From NCBI RefSeq assembly GCF_004010195.1, contig NC_057756.1, positions 3,752,785-3,816,784 on the forward strand: a stretch of 64,000 nt of DNA, given 5' to 3'. The first letter of the stretch is position 1. Each line of letters opens with the position of its first letter. Source of the stretch: Chiloscyllium plagiosum (lineage: Eukaryota). Positions 53,484 through 64,000 of the stretch are shown here, in pieces. Both the position numbers and the translations under genes were made by a program. The notes under the pieces are model-generated. The model saw only the letters and a list, made by a program, of their open reading frames with translations, was not told the DNA's origin and made no database searches.

Positions 53484-55520
53484 ATAAGATATAGTTTCAG
53501 AATTAGGCTATTTTACCCATTCTGGCTGATTTACCATGTTTGAAATGTTTCTTAATTCCATTCCCCTTCTTCTCTTTGTCATCGTTGATCATATTATTAA
53601 ACACGAAACTAGTAATCTCTGCCTGACATAAACTAAACGAATTAATCTCCGCAGCCATTTCAGGAGAGGAGTTTCAGTGATTCGTCAACTTCTGGTTTAG
53701 GAGACGCCTCCTTTCCTCCGTTCTTCAGACTCGTACCTGCACTCTTGTTTCTATGTTCCTGAGTCCTTATCTCTACTTCAGTTGTAAAGGTTTTCTCGAT
53801 CTCGGCCTCCCAATGTTGTGTAATATTCAATGACATCCTACTGTCATTCTTCTAAATTCATTGGAGTACAGACCCATTGTCTCCAACTGTTTGTCACATG
53901 ACAAGCATTTGCTGTCGTCGTCTTTGGTCTATTTCTGGTCTGAACCTTCCAAGAATGGATAATTCCCCGTTAGATATATTTCCTCGGACTTCTCACAGCG
54001 TTCTAAACATTTTAGTAACAGAGCCTTATCCCATTTCACCACAAACATCTGCAATTTTAAAATCTCCCTCATAAGATGAATGGTGACATTGTATTTGCCG
54101 TTCAGTCCGAGTTGACCATGCCAACAAATACCCAAAATTAATCCAGTTCCATTTGGCTACAGGTTGACAATATCCATTTAAGCCCCTCATACTCACTTAC
54201 ACATGCATATTCCTTTGAAAGGATGTTACTACACCAGTCTCCCCAAATCTTCTGGCAGCTCATTCAACTTTTTCCCTGTTACTTTAAACCTCTTGTGTCT
54301 AGCTTTGGATCCCCCTACACTGCGAACACGAATTCGGCTATTCACCACATCCATGCCCCCTCATCATTTATAAATTTCTTTACCTGCATCGCTCAGCCTC
54401 TGATGCTTCCAGTTAAAAAAAAACAATAACAACAGGTTGTTTAACCTAAGCCGAGACCTCAAACTCTCCAACGATCCTTTAACTCTTAACCGCACTCTTT
54501 CAAGTGCAATAATATATATATATTTTTAGCAGCGAGATCAGAATTGAATGCAGTATTCCAATAATGCCCTGAACGATTTCCTGTACCTCTGCAACATGAC
54601 ATCCCAACTCCTTTACTCAGTGCATTGGCTCATAAAGGCAAGTGTATCAAATGGCTTCTTCACTTCCGGTCTACTTGCCAAGCGACGTTATGAACCTGAA
54701 CTCCAGCATCTCCTTGTTCAGCAAGACCTCGTGATAGACTACCATTAAGTATATTACACCTTCACTGATTCGCCTTACCAAAATGCAACATCTTATATTT
54801 ATGTAAATTAACATACATCGGCCCATATGAGCTCGGCCCCGTTATACTCTGAGATATCTTTCTTCACTGACCACGACCTCACCAATTTTGATGTCATCTG
54901 CACACTTGCGAACCACTCCTCTCATATTCATATCTAAATCATTTATACAAATGACAAAAAAAGCTGTGGACCCACAGCTGGTCAATAGCCTCCACTTCAA
55001 AAACAACCCTCCACCACCATCCTCTGTCTCCTATTTTCAGGCAATTATCAATCCAAGTAGTTAGTTCTGTCCGTCCTCCTTTAGCTCTAATCTTGGTAAA
55101 CTGTCTACCACGAGGACATTTGTCAAATGCCTTTAAAGAATTTAAATACAGCACGTCCACTGCTCTGCCATCCATCAGTCTTCTTTGCCGAAATTCAAAA
55201 AACTCAGTTGTCTTAAGACATGATTTCGCACGGACAAAATTAAGATGACTATCCACAATCAGTTTTAATTTTCTGAAATGAATATAATTCCTGGCCTTCA
55301 GAATTTCGTCCAACAACATACCTTCCATTGACTTTGGATAATCCGTACATAGTGCCCTACTTTTTCCCTACATTTTTCTTAAAATATGGCAGAACATCAG
55401 TGATCCTCCAGTCTTCCAACACCTTACCTATGGCTATTGTTCTACAAATATTTCAGCAAATGGCTCAACAAACACTTTTCTAGCTTTCCACAACTATCTG
55501 CAATACACCTTACCAATACC
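53484..55520 (-). mobile_element. Two adjacent decayed CR1 LINE fragments
   Basis: 3' ends near 53484 and 54075; DGRAVDVLYLNSLKAFDKCP (ORF 54939-55328); gtcatctgc (ADD) near 54895. The host element resumes near 56810-56970. Confidence 0.75.
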
Positions 55521-56805
55521 TCGTATTTTGTCCACACCATCCGGTAACCCCAGTAACTCCTCAACAAGCTCAAAATCACCAAAATCAATGAGGAAGAAAT
55601 TATGTTTTCGCTTGATGTTGAATCATTGTTCACTCACATTGACTTATCACTAGAGAAAGAAGTACTTGCCGCAATGCAGGAAGAAACAGAAACGCTGACC
55701 CCAACAACACCATCGGCAGGTACAATAAGCTCAACCTACTAAACTTATACCTAACCACTCCGTTCATCTTTAACGATGAAATATACCAGCCAATCAATGG
55801 CACATCCATGTTATCATCCATCTCAGGATTCAAAGCGGAACCAGTCATGCAAAGAATGGAAGGGATGGAAAGCTTTGGATCTGCTAGGTGGACGATGCAT
55901 TTGTCATCATTAAACACACAATGATCGAGGAAACACAACATCTCATAAAGAGTGTAATCACTGTTATCAATTTGACCAAAGACGAGCACAACAATCAACT
56001 CCCTTTCCAGGATATAATCGTTCAACTGATGCTCACCTGTGAATTATTTAAAAACGTTTATAGGAAGACAACTCATAGGATCAAATTCTTAATTAAAACA
56101 ACAATCAACCCAAAATCCAGAAACAGAACAGTGTCACGACATTACTTAAATCTGCTATTACGTATTGCATAACACCAGAACTATTAAAAAAAAAGAGGAA
56201 GAACACGTGCAGACAATGGACACTTGAACAGCATCGTCCACCGAAGCGTATCGGACACTGTAAGTCATAATACACTGATCACCCTATCCTAATTTAAGAA
56301 CACGCCATAAATGACACCAATACCTCTTCGACCACGAGGAATCATGGTAACACACCAACCAATAGCCATCCTTCGACAACTACTCATCAGGATGAAAGAC
56401 CACAAACCCACAACATGAAAGAAAACATGTAATATATACAATCCCATGGAACCACAGCCATTAACACGAAATTAGACAGAAGGAAATGCGACGAGCAATC
56501 TCGGTAGATGAACAGGAACTAGCAGCAAAACGGCACGAGCAATGCTCCCTCATCTTAAGACATGCAGACAAGGAGGACCATACATTTACTGGGACAAATT
56601 AACCAACCTTGGACAAGCCAACCAGAGATATGCATGGTAATTCCTAGAGGCCTGCTTTTCAACCAGAAGTACCATCAAAAATCATGTAGAATTTCTTATC
56701 ATATACAAACTATTGTAGACAATATCCGGAAATTTCACTACCCACCATAACAGAACAGGGAAAGCGAAGTGAAACAACAACGCTTCATGGAAGTTGCACT
56801 GATGA
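55520..56805 (+). mobile_element. Decayed Penelope-like element (RT + GIY-YIG) inserted in a CR1
   Basis: MFSLDVESLFTH, YQPINGTSM.S.ISG, VDDAFVII, NNQLPF.D, VYRKTTH; ends at gcactgatgat (truncated hammerhead start). Confidence 0.85.
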
Positions 56806-57221
56806 TTTGTCACATCTCTTTGGATTCCCTTTAACCTTATTTACCAAAGTTATCTCAAGAGTTCTTACTCCCCTCCTGATTTCTGCCTGGAGTATACTCC
56901 TATTGTCTTTATACTACTCCAGTGATTTACTTAATATCAATTGCCCATACCTGTTGATTGCCCCCTTCTTATTGCTGATCACAACCTTCACTTTTCCAGT
57001 CATCCAGCATAATTTACAACTACCAGCTTTCACACAAACAGAACATATTGTCATTTGACTAATGTTACCGTATTTTAAGTGCTCCTAATTTTCAAATGTA
57101 CTGTTTCCTCAGAATTAAGTAAAATTCCAAATATCTTCGTAAAATTAACATTACATTCAATGCTGAGCTATGTCCCTTTTCTTCCAGAGCAATTATTATG
57201 AGTTACTTTAATTGTGTGTTA

Positions 57222-57560
57222 AAAATCACACACCACCAGGTTATAGATCAACAGTTTAGTTTGGAAGCACTAGCTTCCGGACCGCTGTTCCATCATCAGG
57301 TCATTTTGGAGAATAAGATTGTAAGATACAGACTTTATAGCAAAAGTTTATAGTGTGATGTAATTGAAATTATGTATTGAAAAAGACAGGTATTTTTTTC
57401 TTTTATATGTAAATCGCAAAACTATTTTTATAAAGTTACATTCTCAAGTTCACTTTAATAACTGGTGTCATGTCAGCCCAAATAAGGCATTGAAGGTGTT
57501 ACCGGACTGTGAGGCTGTGTGTTCCATAATGAACAAACTGATTCTAATCTAAAAAAAAAA
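57222..57560 (-). mobile_element. PLE-associated terminal repeat (same family as 40388-40985)
   Basis: Minus strand gac-CTGATGA-tggaacagcggtcc-GGAA-gcta-gtg at about 57268-57303 (hammerhead with mutated GAAA). Confidence 0.7.
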
Positions 57561-57929
57561 AGATCCACAGAAACTTGTGATTAAATTTTGTGATTTTCAT
57601 CGTTTCTTGAAAAAAACAACGATTTCCTTTTTTTTGCATGTCATATTTTCTGTTTGAACAAAAACAGAGTCCGGTAAGTAAGTGAAATTGGTGTCTTTCT
57701 TTCATAAAGATGTCAAAAAGTTTTTTTAAAAACTCTTATTATCTATTGTGAAAGCATTGAGTCTCAAGCTATCAACTGCAAGATATAAAATCCAGTTCCA
57801 GATTCGGTAAAATTCGTAACTCAAAACAAATGAGTTGAACCATTAATGTCATCGCAGCAGTGACGAGATTATGAAGATTTAATGTACTTGTGGTAATAAG
57901 TATAAATCCTCCAAGTTACTGACAAGTAG

Positions 57930-58930
57930 GATTGTCAACTTGCTCGCTCAGCTTGTCCAGACTTTTCAACACTATTCAAGGTAACAACATCATTGCGCAC
58001 CACTGGTGAAGCATTGGTGTTCTGGTCTGCTTACTACTGGGTCTGCTGGGATTGGCGGTGTCATTTCCAGTTTTCTTGCTGGTTCTGTTTCTTAGAGGTT
58101 AGTATATGGGGTCCAAATCTACATCTTTGTTAATGGAAGTCAGGCTCGAGTGCTTGGCCTCCAGGAATTCCCGTGTATGCCTCAGCTTGGTTTGTCCTAA
58201 ACTGGATACGTTGTAACAGTCGAATTGGTGACATTTTTTGTGCATGTGTATGGATTTAAGTGAGAGCTCGTCATGTCTCTTTGAATCTGGTTGGTGTTCG
58301 TGTTCCCTGGTGGCTAATTTCCTTCCTGTTTGCCCAAGTGCAATTAGCAATCTTTACATGTTATTTTGTATGTAACTTTGATTCTGTTGGTCGTGTGTTT
58401 GAGATTCTTTGATCTTATCAGTAGTTATCATTGTGTGATAGTTGATTTGTACACTATAATGATACACAGGGATCGGAGTCGTCTGTGATAAGGTCTGATA
58501 TGTCTTTTGTGCTTGGCAGTGTGGTCACTGTGTCTGGACGTTTCTTGTCTTTCTATTGTCGACTGTCATGTAGATAATGGCGGAATACACCTTTTAGCAA
58601 CCCATTGCTTCTGAAGACGTTGCGTAGATTTTTTTTTGTCTGCTTTGTTCATCTCTGGGGTGATGCAATGTGTTATGCCTCCTTGAACAATGTTCTGATA
58701 CAGTTTCGAATTTGAGTATTGTAGTTGAATACTTGGCCTGTTTGGGTGGCCTTCCTGTATACGTTGGTCTGGAGCTCCACGTTCGCCATTTGGACCAAGA
58801 AGGGCATTCGTTTGTTGTTCTCTGCTTCCTTGGTGAAGTTTATGCCGATTAGGATGTTGTTTATATGATGGGTTTCGTTTAGCTCTGCACACTTGATAAT
58901 AGCAAAGGTGTCTTCCAAAACGATATGACA
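57930..58930 (-). mobile_element. Penelope-like element 3' part (RT C-terminus + GIY-YIG)
   Basis: EDTFAII...FTKEAENNKRMPFL...VYRKATQT; GQTGRKLATREHEH...HQFD...REFLEA. Confidence 0.9.
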
Positions 58931-60060
58931 TTTGCAGTTCAATAAGCTCTCTTCACTTATCTGGTACTTTGTTTTTCTATATCTACTTTACTATCAATGA
59001 AAGTGTCACAATGTGGGCAAAAAAGAAAAAGGAAAAAAGAAGACTTTTCCTTTCGTGAACAAGAATCAATATATGTACTGAGTCGAAAATGTTGGCGCTG
59101 GAAAAAATCACTTTGTCAAATCTCTAACAACAATCAGAAATTTTAATAAGTCCAGGTGATATGTGCATTCATAATAAAACATGAACTTGCTCTTTCAACA
59201 GTGTCCGTAAATTATTTGTGCGTGAAATGTGCTACAAATGTGCTATAGTAGACAATCGGAATAATGCTAGTTTTTGACTTAGTGCCAGTTGAAACCCCCA
59301 GTACAGGACTCCCAAAGAGGCTTTGGTGCAGCCAGAAAAGGTTTAAAATGCCTTGTTGCTTGCATTATTGACTTTCTCATATTTAAACTAAATTGGTATC
59401 AGGCTGCAAGTTATGTGGTATGGCGAGTTCGTGCAGAATACATCTTGCCTGATGATTAACATTGGTTCCATTATATTCCTCACTGCAGTATTGACAAATG
59501 TGTGGAGGATATTTCGGTGGTGTAACAATGCATGCACACTCCAGAATCCCAAATCATGTGATTTGGGAATTAAAATTTATCCATAATCTCAGTATGCAAA
59601 AATTTCACGTGTAGTGACGTTTAATGTATTAAAAGTTGCATCCTTACTTGACAATTAGAATAAATGAATAAAATAAAAAATGGAGATTACAGAGTTCCTC
59701 ACGCCGTCATTGCTGGGGTCCCATTGAACTGCAAAATGACCTCTGTTATTTCTTTCTTTCCAATGTCTGACATTTTTGTGCATTACATTCTGCATCTTTT
59801 ATTTCACTCTTTGGACGTTTTCCAAACATCACAGTGAGTTATCAACAATGCCTTGTATTGTTGCAGCAAGATTAGTAAAGGCATATTTTTAGACTCATCC
59901 TTTGGGTTAAATATTACAATTTTGTCCACATTACGAGTGACAATCAATGTATGCATACAAGGATTTGCCCACTTTATTTGCAAGAACAAAAATTCTCACT
60001 TTCTGAAATTGTTGCAAGTATGCACCATCATTCAAGTATCGATGTTTTCTTTTCTTCCAG

Positions 60061-60084
60061 TGAAATGTACACAGTCTAGTATCG
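60061..60084 (+). CDS. Candidate 24-nt phase-1 micro-exon (V)KCTQSSI
   Basis: gttttcttttcttccag|TGAAATGTACACAGTCTAGTATCG|gtaaaa: strong acceptor, weaker donor, frame-preserving. Confidence 0.4.
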
Positions 60085-60239
60085 GTAAAATGTTTTCTCT
60101 CTTTAAACATATGGTGCGCATTAAATTATGCTTAATCAGCCTGACGATTGCATGATTTTTCAAAGCCCTCACATTCTCTCACCCGTTATACAATCCCTCC
60201 TTTCTGTTCAAATGGCAGATGTTACAGAAGCATTGAGTC

Positions 60240-60560
60240 AAACAGATCTTTTGATCCAATCGGACAATGGAGCTCAAATTTTCCAACTGGTCCCATTTAC
60301 TTGCGTTTGGCTCGTGCCACACTGTTCATTTCCACTTCAAATATCTTCTCAAACGTCTTTTAAATAATATAACTGCACCTGCAACTATTGTAGGAGTTCA
60401 TCCTACACAGGAACCACTCTCTACGTGAGAACTGCCAACAAGATCGGTTTCAAATCTTCCTCCTCTCATTTTAAAACCATACACTTCAATTTTGATCTCC
60501 CTTCGCCAAGGAAACCAAAAGACCTTTTCTATTCATATTATATAAGGCGCATGCGTTTAT
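60240..60560 (-). mobile_element. Highly decayed CR1 3' fragment
   Basis: tcccatttacttgcgtttggctc...aaacgtcttttaaat...accactctctacgtgagaa resembles the reversed HER1 3' end. Confidence 0.55.
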
Positions 60561-60800
60561 GAACCCCTATATAGTTACAATAAAAATTGCATTTTGATCT
60601 GACAAATCTATGGGATATGTTCCTAATATTAGAATGTTTGTTTTAGCTTCTAAATTAAAATCGATTATATTCAACATATTCAATTTCGAACCCAACCTTA
60701 AACCTTCAGTTTCAGTGAACATACAAGCTTTCTGCTCCATTGTTTTCTCTTTCTTTAATTAGAGTTAGTATCGTATATCTTATTATGTTCATTCCCTCTC

Positions 60801-61167
60801 ACATAACATTTCTGACTACTTTTCAGTTTAGTTCATGCTACTCGTGTCATTTCACAATTATGCATGATACCAATCAGTTTTTGAAAGTTACTGCACAACA
60901 TTGCTTATGTTATTAATTCAGCTATCACTTTATTGCTGCTGTACTTTCCTTGCCTGCATACGTTAAGAAACATTCACGTCTATGACTGGTGTTTCAGTCA
61001 CTGGTGTTTGGTCATATTTCAATGTACAGCAGCAATAAAGTGATAGCTGAATTAATAACATAAGCAACGTTGTGCAGTAACTTTGAAAAACTGATTAGTA
61101 TAATGCATAATTGTGAAATGACACGGGTAGCATGAACTAAACTGAAAAGTAGTCAGAAATGTTATGT
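60801..61167. repeat. Long inverted repeat: 144-bp arms, 79-bp spacer
   Basis: Arms at 60801-60944 and 61024-61167 are reverse complements with 5 mismatches and no indels by manual alignment. Confidence 0.95.
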
Positions 61168-62057
61168 TTGCTATTATGTCACCCGTTACCTCAAAATTTG
61201 CTCAATAACTTGGCAGCCATGAATATCTGAAATATTGTTAGCTTTTACTCAAATTGATACAAATGTTAACGTTTACATATAACCAATTATTTATCATTTT
61301 CCTCGTATCCTAACATGAAAATGCATGTTATGGGATTACGAGATATTTCCATTACATTTAGGCAAATTGTCTGATCAACTTCCTTATTAACAATGTAACA
61401 TTTCGTGTTGTCGAATTGCAACCTTCAAAGTTTGCTTTATTCTTGAATTGATTTTCATTTCAAAAATTTCTGACTTGCAATCAGCGCTTGAAGATAATGT
61501 TTGATATTTTCATTTGTTCCATGTGCATATATTTCTTCTTGCTTTTAATAAAACTGACACGCCCATGCAGCGATTGTTTCAAAAGTTCCACTTCTAATTT
61601 TGTCATGATTCTACCACAAAGGCAATCCAGGAACTGCATTAAACAACTTTCCTGAGTAAAGTATTTTTGTTTGTAAATATGAAGATGCAGGCACACATAT
61701 AATTGTTTTATTAATTTTGAGACAAGCCTTCATATGGGGTTTTGTTTTAGCATTCATATAAATCCTGTCAGCTATTTGGCAGAAAAGTCCAGAAAGTCAT
61801 TTATTTCGTTTCGGGCATATTTCTTTTCGTTTCTTATCTGAATTCACACATGTAACTTCCAGCTCCAAGCACGATCTCGCTACTTCACTGAAAAATTTAT
61901 TTTTATTATTTTCATCGTGAATTCTGCAATAACGTTCCATAATGTCCGAGTCACCGTTGGCCAGCAGCTCCGTTCTTTTATTTACGTGAATTTTCGCTTA
62001 TTTTGCTGCACGAATCAATTATTTTAATTTGAATACAGTTTGCAAGAAAAAAATGTA

Positions 62058-62241
62058 GCTGAAAATGTGTTGCTGGAAAAGCGCAGCAGGTCAGGCAGCA
62101 TCCAGGGAACAGGAGAATCGACGTTTCGGGCATAAGCCCTTCTTCAGGAATCCTGAAGAAGNTGCCTGACCTGCTGTGCTTTTCCAGCAACACATTTTTC
62201 AGCTCTGATCTCCAGCATCTGCAGTCCTCACTTTCTCCTCA
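62058..62241. mobile_element. Young PLE-derived fold-back element
   Basis: Near-identical to 2253-2426 in the opposite orientation; 14-bp TSD aagaaaaaaatgta at 62044-62057 and 62242-62255; a single N at 62162. Confidence 0.9.
62115..62152 (-). ncRNA. Intact minimal type-I hammerhead ribozyme motif
   Basis: Minus strand gattc-CTGAAGA-a-gggc-ttat-gccc-GAAA-cgtc-gattc: perfect 4-bp stem II, 4 of 5 bp in stem I, palindromic ACGT stem III, GUC triplet. Confidence 0.75.
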
Positions 62242-64000
62242 AAGAAAAAAATGTAATTCCACTATCTGTTGATTTTACACAGCATTCTTACCAACATTCT
62301 CTCATTTCTTGTTATTTGTGAAATTTCTGCTTTTTATGTTACAGGAAGTGAAATTTCCCAGCATTACTCTTCTGCAAAATATGTTTGTATTTTATCTTCC
62401 ATCTTCCAAATTTCTTTTTTTAAAATTAATGCGATACACATCTGTGATTCTGTGTGAGTCCCTAATTCAAGTATGAATTATTTATGTCCACAGCACACTT
62501 ATACAGCATGAGAAAGAGGCGACTTCTGAAATATGCAACAATTCTCATTCATTCAATACCTGAAAAGTTTCCATAAGCGCTTTCCGTTCTTCAGGCATAA
62601 GAAAACATTTTAGATCTGATCTGCTCTTGAAAAGAAAGTCAGAATGAGGCAGCTGAAAACGGTTGGACAATGGACAAGAAACATACAAAGAGGATCTCCT
62701 ACATAAATGAGAACCATCTTCATTTTCATCAAGCATACTTTCAACCAACGGGCACATTTCTCGTCTTGCACATTTGATATGGTTTTCCCAAAAATTCAAA
62801 TTTTTCCCATCAGACAAACTTAGCCTTGATATTAAAATCAAATTATGTCATCTCAGCTCTGTAACTTAACATGTATTCTTCATCCTGAAATCAAGGCTAC
62901 TAAAAGATGAGCACAGTGGTACCAGCGTAACTCATTTGCTGCATCAGTGATTGGATTATTGCTAAACTTGTCATACATGACATCACTGTTGATGAAGACT
63001 TCAGTAACTTCGAAGATGGTTGCCAATAACCTGATCATGGCCACATGCTTAGTTTGTATTCAGGGTGACTTTTCTACATAAAACTCTCCCATAAAGATTT
63101 CAGTGCTTCTGTTGGTTTCCTATGTCATAACTGTAGTGGAGCAATTGGGTCGAGGCAAAAACAACGTCTAAAATCCACATCTTGTGTAAGATTGCTAAAA
63201 TATTTTCATGTCTATTCATTTTCTTGTGCTCATCGCAATGCACATTTTCTTAACAAGTTTTCGAAAAACGTTTGAGAAATGTTCTGTCACATAGTGATAA
63301 GAAATTTTAAGTCGTCACGCAGGGTCAAGCAGATTTTGTATTGAACTGAATTTTGCATTAAATATCTTTATTTCTTGTTACTGTTACTCGATTGCAGAAG
63401 TACAGGAACATCGTGAACATTATTTTAATAATCGCTGCCTGTAAATGGTGCCATGTTAGGTACTAGTACCTACGTGCAGATACTACAGAGTAAAAAAAGC
63501 AGTTATACCAGAGAAAATAACAGTATCAATTGCAATGTCCAAGAATGAGTTAAGAATGAAGTACTTAACATCGCAAAAAAATGATTACATTACTCTCCAG
63601 TGAAGAATTCCAAACTGCAGCAACTAAACATATGGCGCAAGGCCCAAGTCTGACATATGTCCCGCAGTTCTCCAGACTCCAGACCAATCCGCAATGACAC
63701 TTAACAGCAAAAAGATGACTGACGTTGTACCGGGATTCGCTTCACCTCAAGTCACTCCAAAACCCTGGGGTTCCCCTAGTGCAAAACGGAAATATATCAT
63801 TCTGCTGTCATTCGGAACTCAGCCTGGCAGACATTCTACTGCTACCATCGCTCCGGGATTTACTCCATGAGTCAGTCTGAATTTGCTGTGCTGCCCCTGT
63901 GTGACATGGCCCACGTGATCAGCTCTAGACCAATCTCTGATCGTAACTCATGTCCTTTGAAACCTTTCTTCAGGTGGAGTGATTGAAAGTATGGGAGAGG

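Noticed and set aside
62545..62841. 98-aa minus-strand ORF with possible splice sites (62824-62560), and neighbouring ORF 61481-61696
   Set aside because: No recognisable domain or compatible partner exons; ORFs of this length can occur by chance in 64 kb.
1..64000. CRISPR arrays, operons or other prokaryotic systems
   Set aside because: The sequence is vertebrate intronic/intergenic DNA, with no regularly spaced repeats or dense coding.

Overview
AT-rich, repeat-dense eukaryotic genomic DNA. It is most likely from a shark (elasmobranch), inferred from HE1-type tRNA-derived SINEs, HER1/CR1 LINEs and the Penelope-like element (PLE) families present. There is no intact long ORF, and nearly all listed ORFs are transposon debris or chance. 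Roughly half of the window is decayed, often nested TEs: CR1 LINEs, PLEs, HE1 SINEs, one LTR retrotransposon with Gmr1-like domain order (integrase before RT) and a Tigger-like MITE. There is a 500-N gap at 26717-27216. The main hidden signal is a + strand series of six 21-nt phase-1 micro-exons plus one 33-nt exon spread over about 24 kb (24995-49329). They splice in frame to a coiled-coil heptad array, (D)LRKCQM-EIAQCRN-ELQAYSA-EVRKVQN-ELAKCQD-ELKKRNE-RLKCYQDLKKM. This architecture matches the cytoplasmic tail of butyrophilin/BG/MOG-family genes, here with Cys at several core positions; no Ig, confident TM or B30.2 exon was found in the window. Second, several PLE-derived fold-back elements with 14-15 bp target-site duplications carry minimal type-I hammerhead ribozyme motifs. 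Third, there is an unexplained 144-bp, 96.5% identical inverted repeat. All calls were made by eye; TE boundaries are approximate.
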